From NCBI GenBank assembly GCA_002269645.1, contig NIVC01000158.1, positions 124,001-188,000 of the forward strand: DNA of 64,000 nt. The letters are read 5' to 3'. Origin of the DNA: Macrostomum lignano (Eukaryota). The translations under genes and the position numbers were made by a program. This document shows positions 26,084-36,644 of this stretch, piece after piece. Position 1 is the first letter of the stretch. Every line of letters starts with the position of its first letter. Under the pieces are notes generated by a model. It made no database searches. It was not told the DNA's origin and saw only the letters and a list, made by a program, of their open reading frames with translations.

Positions 26084-26635
26084 GTCAGTAGCCCTCGGCA
26101 CGGATCACGTGGCCCACCAGTTGAAGTCGCAGCCGGCGCAGGATGATGGACGGGCGCTGCAGCTGGAAAGTAAAGCAGATTACTGTAGCCGCCTTCACTG
26201 TTTGACCGCGATAGAACATTTGCACCATCACAAAAAAAGAATATCTATGTCCCTCAGCTATTGAACTTAAACTTTCAGCGACTGTGATCGGCCTAAATGA
26301 TTTCTATCTAAACTTGGACACGCCAGTTTGCCCCTATAGCCAAATAAAGCTTCAATCTTGACATGTGATCGCTGTAGTTGATGTCCCGGATGAAATTGAC
26401 CGCGCATTCTATAAACGTAAACCACCGCTTGGGTTGGACAGAATCGTCGTTTTCATCATCAGAGTCGAATTAAGCACAGTAAAGCTTGAGCAAAAGAAGA
26501 CTTTTCTTTAACAACTTGTCAACCACTACGAGTGTGTGTTAATTATTACTACTAGTAGGCTAACATGTACTCGTAGCTACTTAATCGAACGTTCCTCTAT
26601 CGGTCTTCCAAATTGACTTTCCCAACGCCAAGCAG

Positions 26636-27814
26636 GTGTCGCACTCCTACGTTCAACAGCACGGCCCGAATTCGTCGCCGACAAGCTGCTCCTCGGCCGA
26701 CGGTCGGGCATCGGCGGCGGCAGCGGCCGCGGCGAACACAACAGCGGCTCAGACAGCCGCCCCCGACTCTGCCGCCGTCAATCTTGACATTTTATCTTCG
26801 CCGGCGCGCCAGACGTCCAACGCTGGCGACGCCGACGACGACTGGCAGAGCGGTAAAACGTCGGCCGCCGTGATGGACGAAGAAGATGACGTTGAAGACG
26901 ACGACGATGAACGATGCGGAGCCGCCTCCGAGACAGCCTCGGCGACAGTTGCCTCCGCTGCCGCCGCTCGTGCCGACGCCGCGGAAAGCAGCGACGGCGG
27001 CAAAAGCTCCCTAGCCGTCAGCAGCGTCGGCGGGCGTCGTCACCGTAACGATTCCGGCTCTCGCATCGACGAAGCCGATGACGACGGCGACGTTGAGGAT
27101 GAAGTTGAAGAGGAGGACGACGACGACGGCAAGTCCCGGGCGAATGGCGCCAGCGCCGCCGCTGCCGCCGGCCCCGCCAATCGTCGGAGGCCTGGGCGAC
27201 GCGGACGCGCAAAAAATCAACATCAGCAGCAGCAGCGTCCGTCGTCGGCGGTGCCGCCTTCGCCGACGCCGTCGTCAGTTGCTGGCGTCGGGCAGCAGCA
27301 GCAGCCGGACGACGATGAGGAAGCTGACGACGACGGCGAAGACGAGGCAGCTTCGGTCACCACCGATGATCGAGCGGCTTCTGCTGCGCCTGCTGCTGCT
27401 ACTGCACAGTCAACTGTGGCCTCCACCCCGACGCCCGGCTCAGCCGGTGGTCGCCCGGCTCCGGGGTCCAAGCGACGCGCTCGTCGCAGCGTCGGCTCCT
27501 CCTTGTCGAACTCAACCGTCGCCGCATCGGCCGGACAAACGCCCGGTCGCCGTCAGCCGGACAGGCCGAAGTATGTCCGGCCAGCCGATCAGCCGTTTGT
27601 GAGCAAATACGGCAGCTTCATGCCGCCAGACTTGGACGCTCACGATCACGCCACTCGTGTCCGGATGCTGTCCGAAGCGATCGCTCGGGTGCGCGAAGCC
27701 TGGCGCTCGGAGAAGCAGGCGCTATCGGAGCTGGACAAGCGCTACAGGCTGCAGAGGAAGCGGGCCAGGCTCGAGTCCGAGCGAGCGGCGGGTGCCGGCG
27801 GTCAGGCCAATTAG
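26636..27814 (+). CDS. ARID4: ARID4A/B-like terminal exon (low-complexity region plus C-terminal coiled coil)
   Basis: GCAG acceptor at 26635, phase 0, stop TAG at 27812-27814. RVRMLSEAIARVREAWRSEKQALSELDKRYRLQRKRAR resembles the ARID4 C-terminal segment ([36 protein letters not shown]). Predicted protein is about 1180 aa. Confidence 0.88.
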   Translation: MSHSYVQQHGPNSSPTSCSSADGRASAAAAAAANTTAAQTAAPDSAAVNLDILSSPARQTSNAGDADDDWQSGKTSAAVMDEEDDVEDDDDERCGAASETASATVASAAAARADAAESSDGGKSSLAVSSVGGRRHRNDSGSRIDEADDDGDVEDEVEEEDDDDGKSRANGASAAAAAGPANRRRPGRRGRAKNQHQQQQRPSSAVPPSPTPSSVAGVGQQQQPDDDEEADDDGEDEAASVTTDDRAASAAPAAATAQSTVASTPTPGSAGGRPAPGSKRRARRSVGSSLSNSTVAASAGQTPGRRQPDRPKYVRPADQPFVSKYGSFMPPDLDAHDHATRVRMLSEAIARVREAWRSEKQALSELDKRYRLQRKRARLESERAAGAGGQAN

Positions 27815-29139
27815 CGGTAGCAGGAATTGGCCGGGGCATTTTCAATTTCTCGTTATCAGCATGGCAACACAGGGGTAGTTTCGGTCAACTATCACATTTG
27901 CGCCAATAGTCTGTCTGATTTGGTTATAGTGTCTGTTTTAAGTAGTAGCTTCATTGACCGAACTGACTCCGTCTGGAGACTGCATTATAACAAACTAGTG
28001 TGCTCATTTATTGTTGCCTTTTCTATGAAATGAAAGACGTCTCTTTTATATGGCAATTAAAAAAGGCAAGTTTTCGACCGAATAATAATAACTGAACGAT
28101 TCACTTAGTTTTCTACTTTCAACTCAGTAGTAAGCGACAATGTGTAAGCTATTTTATGAAAAGAATGACCAAAGTTGGAGTGACTGGTAGACAGGGCATT
28201 GTGAACGACTCACTAGTGACTCTAGCAACGGTTCAAGCGACTCTAATACGACGAAGAGGCGACTGTTGAGTCACGAGCGCGTCGCGTGAGCTGCAGAATC
28301 AAAGCAAAAAAATTATTTCTTTCCAATTTTACCTGTGCTACCTGCAAGGAATCTGGAATAAATCTGACGCGACGCAAAAGTGATTCTGGGACGCCGTAAT
28401 GTACATTAGTCTGCGCCAAAAAGAATGTACATTGCGTGAGGTATTATTTGTTTATCTGTTGCATTGCTCATATCTGTACACACTGTGGCTAGCGATGAGC
28501 ATGCATCAGCGATGTCCCCTGCTGATTACTTCTGTCTGGCGCTATTTATGCGTTCGCTACTTGTCAAGCTCTGCTTTTCCACTGCCTGTAGATAATTATA
28601 ATCACCGTACTTATTAACTTTGCTTTTCTTATGCGCGCTCTCCACTAAATTGAAAGTTTTCCGTTATTGCTTATTAATTATTAATAAATTGATTGAATTC
28701 TATATTGTGCCTGCTAGCCGTACTAGTGCAGTATTCTCTCCGCTCTCTCAGTTTCGCATCTCCAGCTGCCCCCCCCCCTGGCACGTCGGATGAACTTCCA
28801 TTCAGTTTAGTCAGTTTTTATACGAAATAACAGTTGGTCTACTCCTCTATTGGCCCTCATTAATTGTATATAAGTTCATATATGGAAGCCACTTCTGGTT
28901 TGTTTCGTTTGCATTCTCCGTGTGTGTTTTTTTTTACTTTTAAAATTATTAACTGAATTATAATATAAAAGGTGGCTTAACTAAAAGCTAATTGACAAGC
29001 TTCAAATTACTGATAAAATTTTAACTGAATGTTTATTTATTTAACTATTTATAATATTAGTAGGAAGATTGTACTTTTCTTTTTTGTTCAATTATCAGTA
29101 AGAAAACACGATTAATGATTTAGTTGGATAGCAAACAAA

Positions 29140-29450
29140 TTACAATGACCTCATTATCCCACCTTATGACCCACCTTATGACCTCACAATTCCATTCTAT
29201 GATCATTGTGTTTCATTGTATGATTCTTCTATCCTTTGTCTTCACAGCTCCATCGTATGACCTTACAGCTCTATCATATGATCCCACAGCTTTTCCTTAT
29301 GACCCCACAGCTCCTTATAAACCCACAGCCTTTTGACCCCACAGCTCTGCCTTATGACCCCACACCTCCTTCTTATGACCCCACAGCTCCATTTTATGAC
29401 CTCGCACGTCTATTCTATGATTGCATAGTTTCCATTACCCCATAGTTTGA
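29140..29450. repeat. Degenerate ~20-bp repeat (CTTATGACCCCACAGCTC) upstream of Rab9
   Basis: Recurring TATGACC..ACAGCT. Confidence 0.75.
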
Positions 29451-29512
29451 TTTAGTGTACACAAAGCCAAAACACGCTCTGACCGTTTAGACTGAATTCC
29501 CCATTGCCGCAG

Positions 29513-30175
29513 CCGCGCTCCCAGCTACTCAAAGTGATCCTACTCGGAGACGGCGGCGTTGGCAAGTCGTCGTTAATGACTCGCTACGTGCAGCAGCGCT
29601 TCGATCCGCACCAGCATCACACCATCGGGGTGGAATTCCTAGTTAAAGAGGTCAGCCTGTCTGACGGGTCCCGGTACACCCTGCAGATCTGGGACACCGC
29701 CGGCCAGGAGAGATTCCGATCGCTGCGCACCCCGTTCTACCGCGGCGCCGACGCGTGCATGCTGGTGTACAGCCTGGAGGATTCGAAATCGTTTGCTAAT
29801 TTAAACATCTGGCGTCAGGAGTTCTTTCATTATTCCGGCGTGGAATCAGGCGAATTTCCATTTCTTCTAGTTGGCAATAAGAGCGACTCGGAGCGGGCCG
29901 CGGTGCCAGCTGATCAGGCCGAGGCCTGGGCTACAGAGCTGGATATGCCGCACTTATTAACCTCGGCTAAGAGTGCTCACAATGTTGACCAAGCGTTTGA
30001 GCAGTTGACTAGTCTATGGGCTAAGCGTCAACTGATTGGCTTAGCGCGCGGCGGATCCGCGGATCAGGATAATGATAATGAGGTTCGCGATGTGGGCACC
30101 GTGCGAATTAGGCGAGGCGGCGGCGAAAGTGCCGCTGGCAGTGTTGGCGGCTACCGTCGTCGGTGCTGTAATTGA
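29513..30175 (+). CDS. RAB9: Rab9 small GTPase (single coding block; initiator ATG must come from splicing)
   Basis: LLKVILLGDGGVGKSSLM, HTIGVEFL, WDTAGQERFRSLRTPFYRG (Rab9-type switch II), GNKSD, TSAK and a C-terminal CCN prenylation motif. There is an in-frame TGA at 29480-29482 and no ATG before the P-loop. CAG acceptor at 29512. Confidence 0.95.
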   Translation, partial: PRSQLLKVILLGDGGVGKSSLMTRYVQQRFDPHQHHTIGVEFLVKEVSLSDGSRYTLQIWDTAGQERFRSLRTPFYRGADACMLVYSLEDSKSFANLNIWRQEFFHYSGVESGEFPFLLVGNKSDSERAAVPADQAEAWATELDMPHLLTSAKSAHNVDQAFEQLTSLWAKRQLIGLARGGSADQDNDNEVRDVGTVRIRRGGGESAAGSVGGYRRRCCN

Positions 30176-30224
30176 GACGTTCTCGGCCTTCTAACAGTAG
30201 CTTAACTTTGTTGAAAGTGAAGCT

Positions 30225-30974
30225 AATATAGCTATTTGCAGCCCAGTTGGGCTTAAGCGCATTGAATTGAATCCAAGATAGGTTTGCCAAAGTACTGGAG
30301 CTTTCGTCTATGGTGGCAGGGCTGGCACGGCGGCATTTACTTTGGTCCAACAAGCATCAATTTGGTCCGTAACTTCATTTGCAACTGCTGTGGTGGAGCA
30401 AGATCAGCCCCAGTATTGTGGGCCATATGCTAGGCTGCCGAACGAATGCCATTGGCTTGTGATCGAAGCGCTCAACAGAGATGAACACCCAAAGGACATT
30501 GCAAGGTTGCTGAATGTAAAAAAATAATGGTTTACAGCATCCATCAGCGCGTTGAAACCACTGCCGGCAGAAATAGCCTGCAAATGGGTGGCAATCGCCA
30601 AGGCAAGTTTCTCAAGAACCTCAAGTCCAACTGCTACTCAATGCAGTTGAGACGAACCCTTTGTTTTTCGGTGCAGAAAATGCAGCAGAAGTTGAAGGCA
30701 CAGTTTCAGTTGGTTATCAGATTTTGACTATCAGCAGAGCTCTGGAAAAGCGACTGAAAATTTTTGGTAGAGACGCTGACATTCCAGCGGTACGCAACAA
30801 CCCACAGGTTGTGAGAAGGCAGGAGTTTGCCGAATGGCTCACGAGCGTTTGGACCAAATTAAATGCCGCTGTGCCAGCCTTGCTACCATAGACAAAAGCT
30901 CCAGTACATTGGCAAACCTATCTTGGAGTAAATTCAATACGCGTAGGCCCAAATGGGCTGCAAAAAGCTATATT
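30225..30974 (+). mobile_element. Internally deleted Tc1/IS630-like transposon with ~126-bp TIRs
   Basis: Inverted repeats at 30225-30350 and 30849-30974 with TA-containing ends. The frameshifted internal remnant LVIEALNRDEHPKDIARLLNVKK/VYSIHQRVET..GGNRQGKF/LLLNAVETNP/TISRALEKRL..PAVRNNPQVVRRQEFAEWL is a transposase HTH region. No DDE domain remains. Confidence 0.78.
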
Positions 30975-32175
30975 CATACCGGATTCGCTCATTCAATTCA
31001 ACTTAGAAAAACTTGATCGCCAACACACATTCTTAGTGGCATAAAATGTTTTTTTGTCAGCCAAATTGATAGTTAAGCCAACAAAGCAGTAGATTTGGTC
31101 TTGCCCATAGACAGACATAGACATAAGCAGATGGTAAAGGCAACCAACTGTTAGTAATTTGGCCATAAGACATCAGCACAAAGAAGGACGCCAGCAGCAG
31201 CTTCTTTCATAGAAAGCATGCTTAAACATCAATTTCTATTCAGTAAAGGTGAGAGTTATTACTCGTAATAAAAGTTGTGAAATTTTTGTGAAAAAAAAAG
31301 TTGTGAAAAAAGGTCTACTAATTGTATGCTCTTCAGTTTAATGTCACTTGAATTTAAGGTTGCAGCGGCCCCATGCATGAGCATTCGAGTATGGGGTTAA
31401 GAATGAAAAATGTATCTAATATTACTTTCCAATTTTACCATTATAATGAAAAAACTCTGATTTTGCTACTGAAAAAAGACTGAATCACGTGACAAATTTT
31501 GATTCAGTTTAGTTAGGAGTAATGTACACTGCCAGCGCGCCAGTTAATGTACATTGGCGCGACGATAAGGAGCAATAATAAAATGGACAGCCGGGGAGGG
31601 GGTGTTAGTAGGGCACGCTTAAATCGACAGATAAATTAGCCAAATATGCAATAGTACTACTGTATTGTAAGTAGTTAAATAGAATATTTCGCAGATTGTA
31701 TCTGGATTCTTGTTTATATTTTGCCAAAAAAACGAAATTAATTCACTGCCAAATAAGTTTCAGTAATCTGCGTTCGCACGAAACATATTATTCGAGTGAA
31801 CTGTTTTACGTTTCTCTTTGTTAATTTTCTAGTTTTTTTATATTCAGAAGAGCGCTTTGTTGACTCGTTGCATTTCCCGCTAACGGTTCAAATAGCGCAA
31901 TGGTGCAATCAAATATTTGATTAACTTTATGCGAGCTAGTATTTTATACGGAATGTAAGATTTCAGTATATATTTGTTATTGTATGCATTAAGTTGTATT
32001 ATGATTTCTGTTAAATTTCGGCCAGTTAGTGTTTTGATTTGCTATTTTCACCCAGTTATTTTTATACCTAAACATGTCATTGCATTGGTGCACATTCTAC
32101 ATGTCACATGTGACTATCCTTTGTTTCTCCGTATGTCTTCTTGCCTCTAGTAAGTTTTCCCTCAGCCTCTTTAAC

Positions 32176-33418
32176 TGTCTCTCCCTGTCTCGTCCTCTCT
32201 CTCTACTTGTCTCTCCCTGTCTCGTCCTCTCTCTCTACTTGTCTCTCCCTGTCTCGTCCTCTCTCTCTCTCTCTACTTGTCTCTCCCTGTCTCGTCCTCT
32301 CTCTCTACTTGTCTCTCCCTGTCTCGTCCTCTCTCTCTACTTGTCTCTCCCTGTCTCGTCCTCTCTCTACCTGTCTCGTCCTCTCTCTCTACTTGTCTCT
32401 CCCTGTCTCGTCCTCTCTCTCTCTACTTGTCTCTCCCTGTCTCGTCCTCTCTCTACCTGTCTCGTCCTCTCTCTCTACTTGTCTCTCCCTGTCTCGTCCT
32501 CTCTCTCTACTTGTCTCTCCCTGTCTCGTCCTCTCTCTACCTGTCTCGTCCTCTCTCTACCTGTCTCGTCCTCTCTCTACCTGTCTCGTCCTCTCTCTCT
32601 ACTTGTCTCTCCCTGTCTCGTCCTCTCTCTCTACTTGTCTCTCCCTGTCTCGTCCTCTCTCTACTTGTCTCGTCCTCTCTCTCTACTTGTCTCTCCCTGT
32701 CTCGTCCTCTCTCTACTTGTCTCTCCCTGTCTCGTCCTCTCTCTACTTGTCTCTCCCTGTCTCGTCCTCTCTCTCTACTTGTCTCTCCCTGTCTCGTCCT
32801 CTCTCTCTACTTGTCTCTCCCTGTCTCGTCCTCTCTCTACTTGTCTCGTCCTCTCTCTCTACTTGTCTCTCCCTGTCTCGTCCTCTCTCTACTTGTCTCT
32901 CCCTGTCTCGTCCTCTCTCTCTCTCTACTTGTCTCTCCCTGTCTCGTCCTCTCTCTCTACTTGTCTCTCCCTGTCTCGTCCTCTCTCTGCTTGTCTCGTC
33001 CTCTCTCTCTACTTGTCTCTCCCTGTCTCGTCCTCTCTCTCTACTTGTCTCTCCCTGTCTCGTCCTCTCTCTCTACTTGTCTCTCCCTGTCTCGTCCTCT
33101 CTCTCTACTTGTCTCTCCCTGTCTCGTCCTCTCTCTACTTGTCTCTCCCTGTCTCGTCCTCTCTCTGCTTGTCTCGTCCTCTCTCTCTACTTGTCTCTCC
33201 CTGTCTCGTCCTCTCTCTCTACTTGTCTCTCCCTGTCTCGTCCTCTCTCTCTACTTGTCTCTCCCTGTCTCGTCCTCTCTCTCTACTTGTCTCTCCCTGT
33301 CTCGTCCTCTCTACTTGTCTCTCCCTGTCTCGTCCTCTCTACTTGTCTCTCCCTGTCTCGTCCTCTCTACTTGTCTCTCCCTGTCTCGTCCTCTCTCTAC
33401 TTGTCTCTCCCTGTCTCA
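32176..33418. repeat. Pyrimidine-rich minisatellite (CTACTTGTCTCTCCCTGTCTCGTC(CT)n)
   Basis: Tandem 28-36 bp units with a variable CT tract. Confidence 0.96.
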
Positions 33419-33886
33419 TTCTTGCTGCTCCTGTCCGTGTTGCAGAAGTCTTTCAGTTCCCCTCTCCTAGCCCTTTGCCCTCCACTCTGCCACAATGCTT
33501 GTAAAACTGTCGTCGCTATGCTATAGTTATACAAATATTGTACTTGTTTATTCGTTTCCTATCGGTGTTTGCAATAGATTCTTTGCTACTACTTACATAT
33601 AATCTTTCCTGACCCAGCAGATCTAGTTGTTTCTCTATTACCCTGTTTCTCTATTAATCTATTTGAGCTCATATTAATTTTTCTCTTGTAATTTTGATTT
33701 TTTTATTTACACTAACCAGACTGTCAGATTTCCAATAAATTCTCAACAGAAAGATCTGCTAATATTGATAGATTTTTTCACTTATTTATTAACTGATTGC
33801 TTGCGACTTCTATAGTTTCCTTACTACAAGCTAGCTGCTATTGATGGTGTCTAGATTAGCAATCCGCCCCATCTCAGCTCAACAGC

Positions 33887-34151
33887 ATGATCAGCTCAAT
33901 CGATGAAGCCAAATGTGTTAAACAAGAGAAGGCGTCTGAGACGGAAGAAGAAATTGATGAAGCTTCGTTTCACACGGCCAACTGCCAGCCTCCTGACAGC
34001 TCCTGCGACGACGGCGGCGGATGGAGCCGGCTGAGCCTGCACGAGGATGAGGCTGGCGAGGAGAAGCTCATCTATTCGGATGCTGAGGACAATGAAGAGG
34101 AGCTGGCTGCGGCTTCTGCTCGGAGGAAGCGGACGGCGCTGCGGCCCACGG
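33887..34151 (+). CDS. Uncharacterised RSB-motif nuclear protein, copy 1 exon 1 (acidic)
   Basis: CAG|C ATG at 33887, acidic N-terminus with VKQE. GTGAGA donor at 34152, phase 1. The reading frame is kept in both duplicate copies. Confidence 0.75.
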
Positions 34152-34210
34152 GTGAGACAGACAGACAGACAGACAGGCAGACAGACACTAAGACAGACAG
34201 ACAGATAGGC

Positions 34211-34263
<53 letters not shown>

Positions 34264-34310
34264 GGCAGACAGACACTAAGACAGACAGACAGATAGGCAG
34301 GCAGACACTG

Positions 34311-34347
<37 letters not shown>

Positions 34348-34366
34348 CTAAGACAGACAGACACTA

Positions 34367-34399
<33 letters not shown>

Positions 34400-34555
34400 C
34401 TAAGACAGACAGACAGACAGACAGACAGATAGACAGACAGACAGACAGACAGATAGATAGATGGACGGACGGACGGACAGGCGGACAGACAGACAGATAT
34501 ATAGATGGACGGACAGACAGACAGACAGATAGATGGACGGACAGAAAAACAGGAG
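34152..34555. repeat. Composite (CAGA)n/GGAC/GATA array, copy 1
   Basis: Starts at the GTGAGA donor of exon 1. Confidence 0.95.
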
Positions 34556-34669
34556 CAGAACGGATAGGCATGAACACTTAACTTTCGCTATTCTTACCGA
34601 AGTCTTGCCCTTGCATCACGGCCCTCGCATACCCCAATACAATGACTTAAAATATTCGTCCCTTTGCAG

Positions 34670-34785
34670 AAAACGGCGCACCCCCAGCCGGTGTCGAGCC
34701 GGCGCCAAAAAAGAAGCGCTCCCGCGCCTGGGGCCTGACGAAACCGGCCGTTGTGCCCGTTGTCATCACCGCTAGCGTTATCAAT
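34670..34785 (+). CDS. RSB-motif protein copy 1 exon 2 (NLS PKKKRSR)
   Basis: TTTGCAG acceptor at 34669 (phase 1) and GTAAAT donor at 34786 (phase 0). Encodes ENGAPPAGVEPAPKKKRSRAWGLTKPAVVPVVITASVIN. Confidence 0.72.
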
Positions 34786-34897
34786 GTAAATCGAAAGAAT
34801 AATATACTCCTACTTTCCTACTGTAATCGGCTAGCATAGTAGCAAGTAGGGTGTTTGGACTGATAAAATTATTGCATCTATGTAATTGTATTTCTAG

Positions 34898-35293
34898 GAA
34901 ATGCTGCCGAATCAGACAGAGCCGCCGGCGACTGACTGCAAAGACTCGCCGCCCGTCGTCGATTCCATCGACGTCGACGTCGCCAACAAAGACGAAGGCG
35001 AAGCCGCATCGGAGCTTGAGGACGGCGAAGTGTCGCCTACCAATAACAACAGTAATAGCAATCACAATAACTCTATGACTAGCCAGAAGAAATGGTTGCC
35101 CACTGTACTCGCCGAATCACGTGATCAAACGGACAGACCGAAAGATCAGTTGGGCACTCAGCCTGCCACCGCTTCTGTTGATGCTGAACAGTCGCTAGGC
35201 CGACTGAGTCAATTTCGTAGGACCGTCACTCGGCCGTGCATTTTCTGGTGCCTGGCGAAGCCTGCGGATCTCTCAGAAAAATTGAAGAAGGAT
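34898..35293 (+). CDS. RSB-motif protein copy 1 exon 3 (ELEDGEV and FRRTVTRPCIFW motifs)
   Basis: TTCTAG acceptor at 34897, GTGAGA donor at 35294, phase 0/0, open frame. Confidence 0.78.
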
Positions 35294-35321
35294 GTGAGAA
35301 TGTTTAGTCTCTAATGTGTAC

Positions 35322-36077
35322 ATGATCTCATGAGCTATGACTAACTGGATTCTTGTATGACCTCATCTCATCTCTGACTGACTGGATTCTTGTATGACCT
35401 CATCAGCTATGACTGAATGGATTCTTGTATGACCTCATCAGCTATGATCAACTGGATTCTTGTATGAGCTCATCAGCTATGACTGACTGGATTCTTGTAT
35501 GACCTTATCAGCTATGACAGACTGGATTCTTGTATGACCTCATCAGCTATGATAACTGGATTCTTGTATGAGCTCATCAGCTATGACTGACTGGATTCTT
35601 GTATGACCTCATCATTTATGACTGACTGGATTCTTGTATGACCTCATCATCTATGACTGACTGGATTCTTGTATGACCTCATCAGCTATGATAACTGGAT
35701 TCTTGTATGACCTCATCAGCTATGACTGACTGGATTCTTGTATGACCTCATCAGCTATGATCAACTGGATTCTTGTATGACCTCATCAGCTATGATCAAC
35801 TGGATTCTTGTATGAGCTCATCAGCTATGACTGACTGGATTCTTGTATGACCTTATCAGCTATGACAGACTGGATTCTTGCATGACCTCATCAGCTATGA
35901 TCAACTGGATTCTTGTATGACCTCATCAGCTATGACAGACTGGATTCTTGCATGACCTCATCAGCTATGATCAACTGGATTCTTGTATGACCTTATCAGC
36001 TATGACAGACTGGATTCTTGCATGACCTCATCAGCTATGGTCAACTGGATTCTTGTATGAGCTCATCAGCTATGACT
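35322..36077. repeat. 35-bp minisatellite (TATGACCTCATCAGCTATGACTGACTGGATTCTTG); copy 2 at 47296-48016
   Basis: Fills intron 3. Copy 2 is one unit (35 bp) shorter. Confidence 0.95.
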
Positions 36078-36137
36078 GAGCCCAGATTCTCCATAAGCCG
36101 TACAAATTCAGCCATCCGCCCCATCCTGGCACCGCAG

Positions 36138-36643
36138 CTGGCGGCTCCGCTTGCCCCGCCTCCGCCGCCGGACCCCTACGAGTCGGTCTTCGACGTGGCC
36201 GCCCTGGAAGCCGCCGCTGGCGTCGAGCAGCTCCGACGCGACCGTCGCCGGCTGCACCCGAACTCGCGCCCGTTCCCGCCGGACTTCGAGGCCACCGGCG
36301 GCCGGCTGCCGCTGCCACTCGACCATTCCTCAGGCGTCGACATTGCCGACAATGGTCGGAGACGCCGACAACAGGCTCCGGCAGTGCTGCATCATTTTCC
36401 GCGCTGTATGAAGCCGTTCGAAGCGGATGAGTTGCATCAAGAATTGAGCAGTAGCAATTGCATGCCGAGGGCTGCATCCGATGATGATGAGGCTGCGGTG
36501 AAGCTGAACTGGCTGGACGACAGCAGCCGCTGGCCGGACGCTCTGGACAAGCTGCGCCGACAGCTGGCCGCCCTGTTGAAGGTGCCGTTCGCTCGGACCG
36601 CTGTTGCTAGGCTGGAAAGACCGTCTGACTGCACCGACTGGTG
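36138..36643 (+). CDS. RSB-motif protein copy 1 exon 4
   Basis: GC3-rich open frame. The phase-0 CCGCAG acceptor at 36137 is the best fit but the start is uncertain. GTGAGT donor at 36644, phase 2. Confidence 0.7.
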
Positions 36644-36644
36644 G

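Noticed and set aside
15554-27602. Antisense and alternate-frame ORFs over GC-rich exons (e.g. 15554-15946, 23270-23503, 27078-27602, 36070-36477)
   Set aside because: They are shadow ORFs caused by high GC and low stop density over real exons.
29504-29506. TTG start codon for Rab9, as in the ORF track
   Set aside because: Near-cognate initiation is unlikely for a housekeeping eukaryotic GTPase, and a phase-0 acceptor 6 nt downstream explains the data better. It is not formally excluded.
35322-36077. CUGAUGAG hammerhead-like core on the minus strand of every 35-bp unit (also CUGAGGA in the 30-bp array and CTGACGA at about 58274 and 58407)
   Set aside because: No GAAA element or pairable stem II/III follows.
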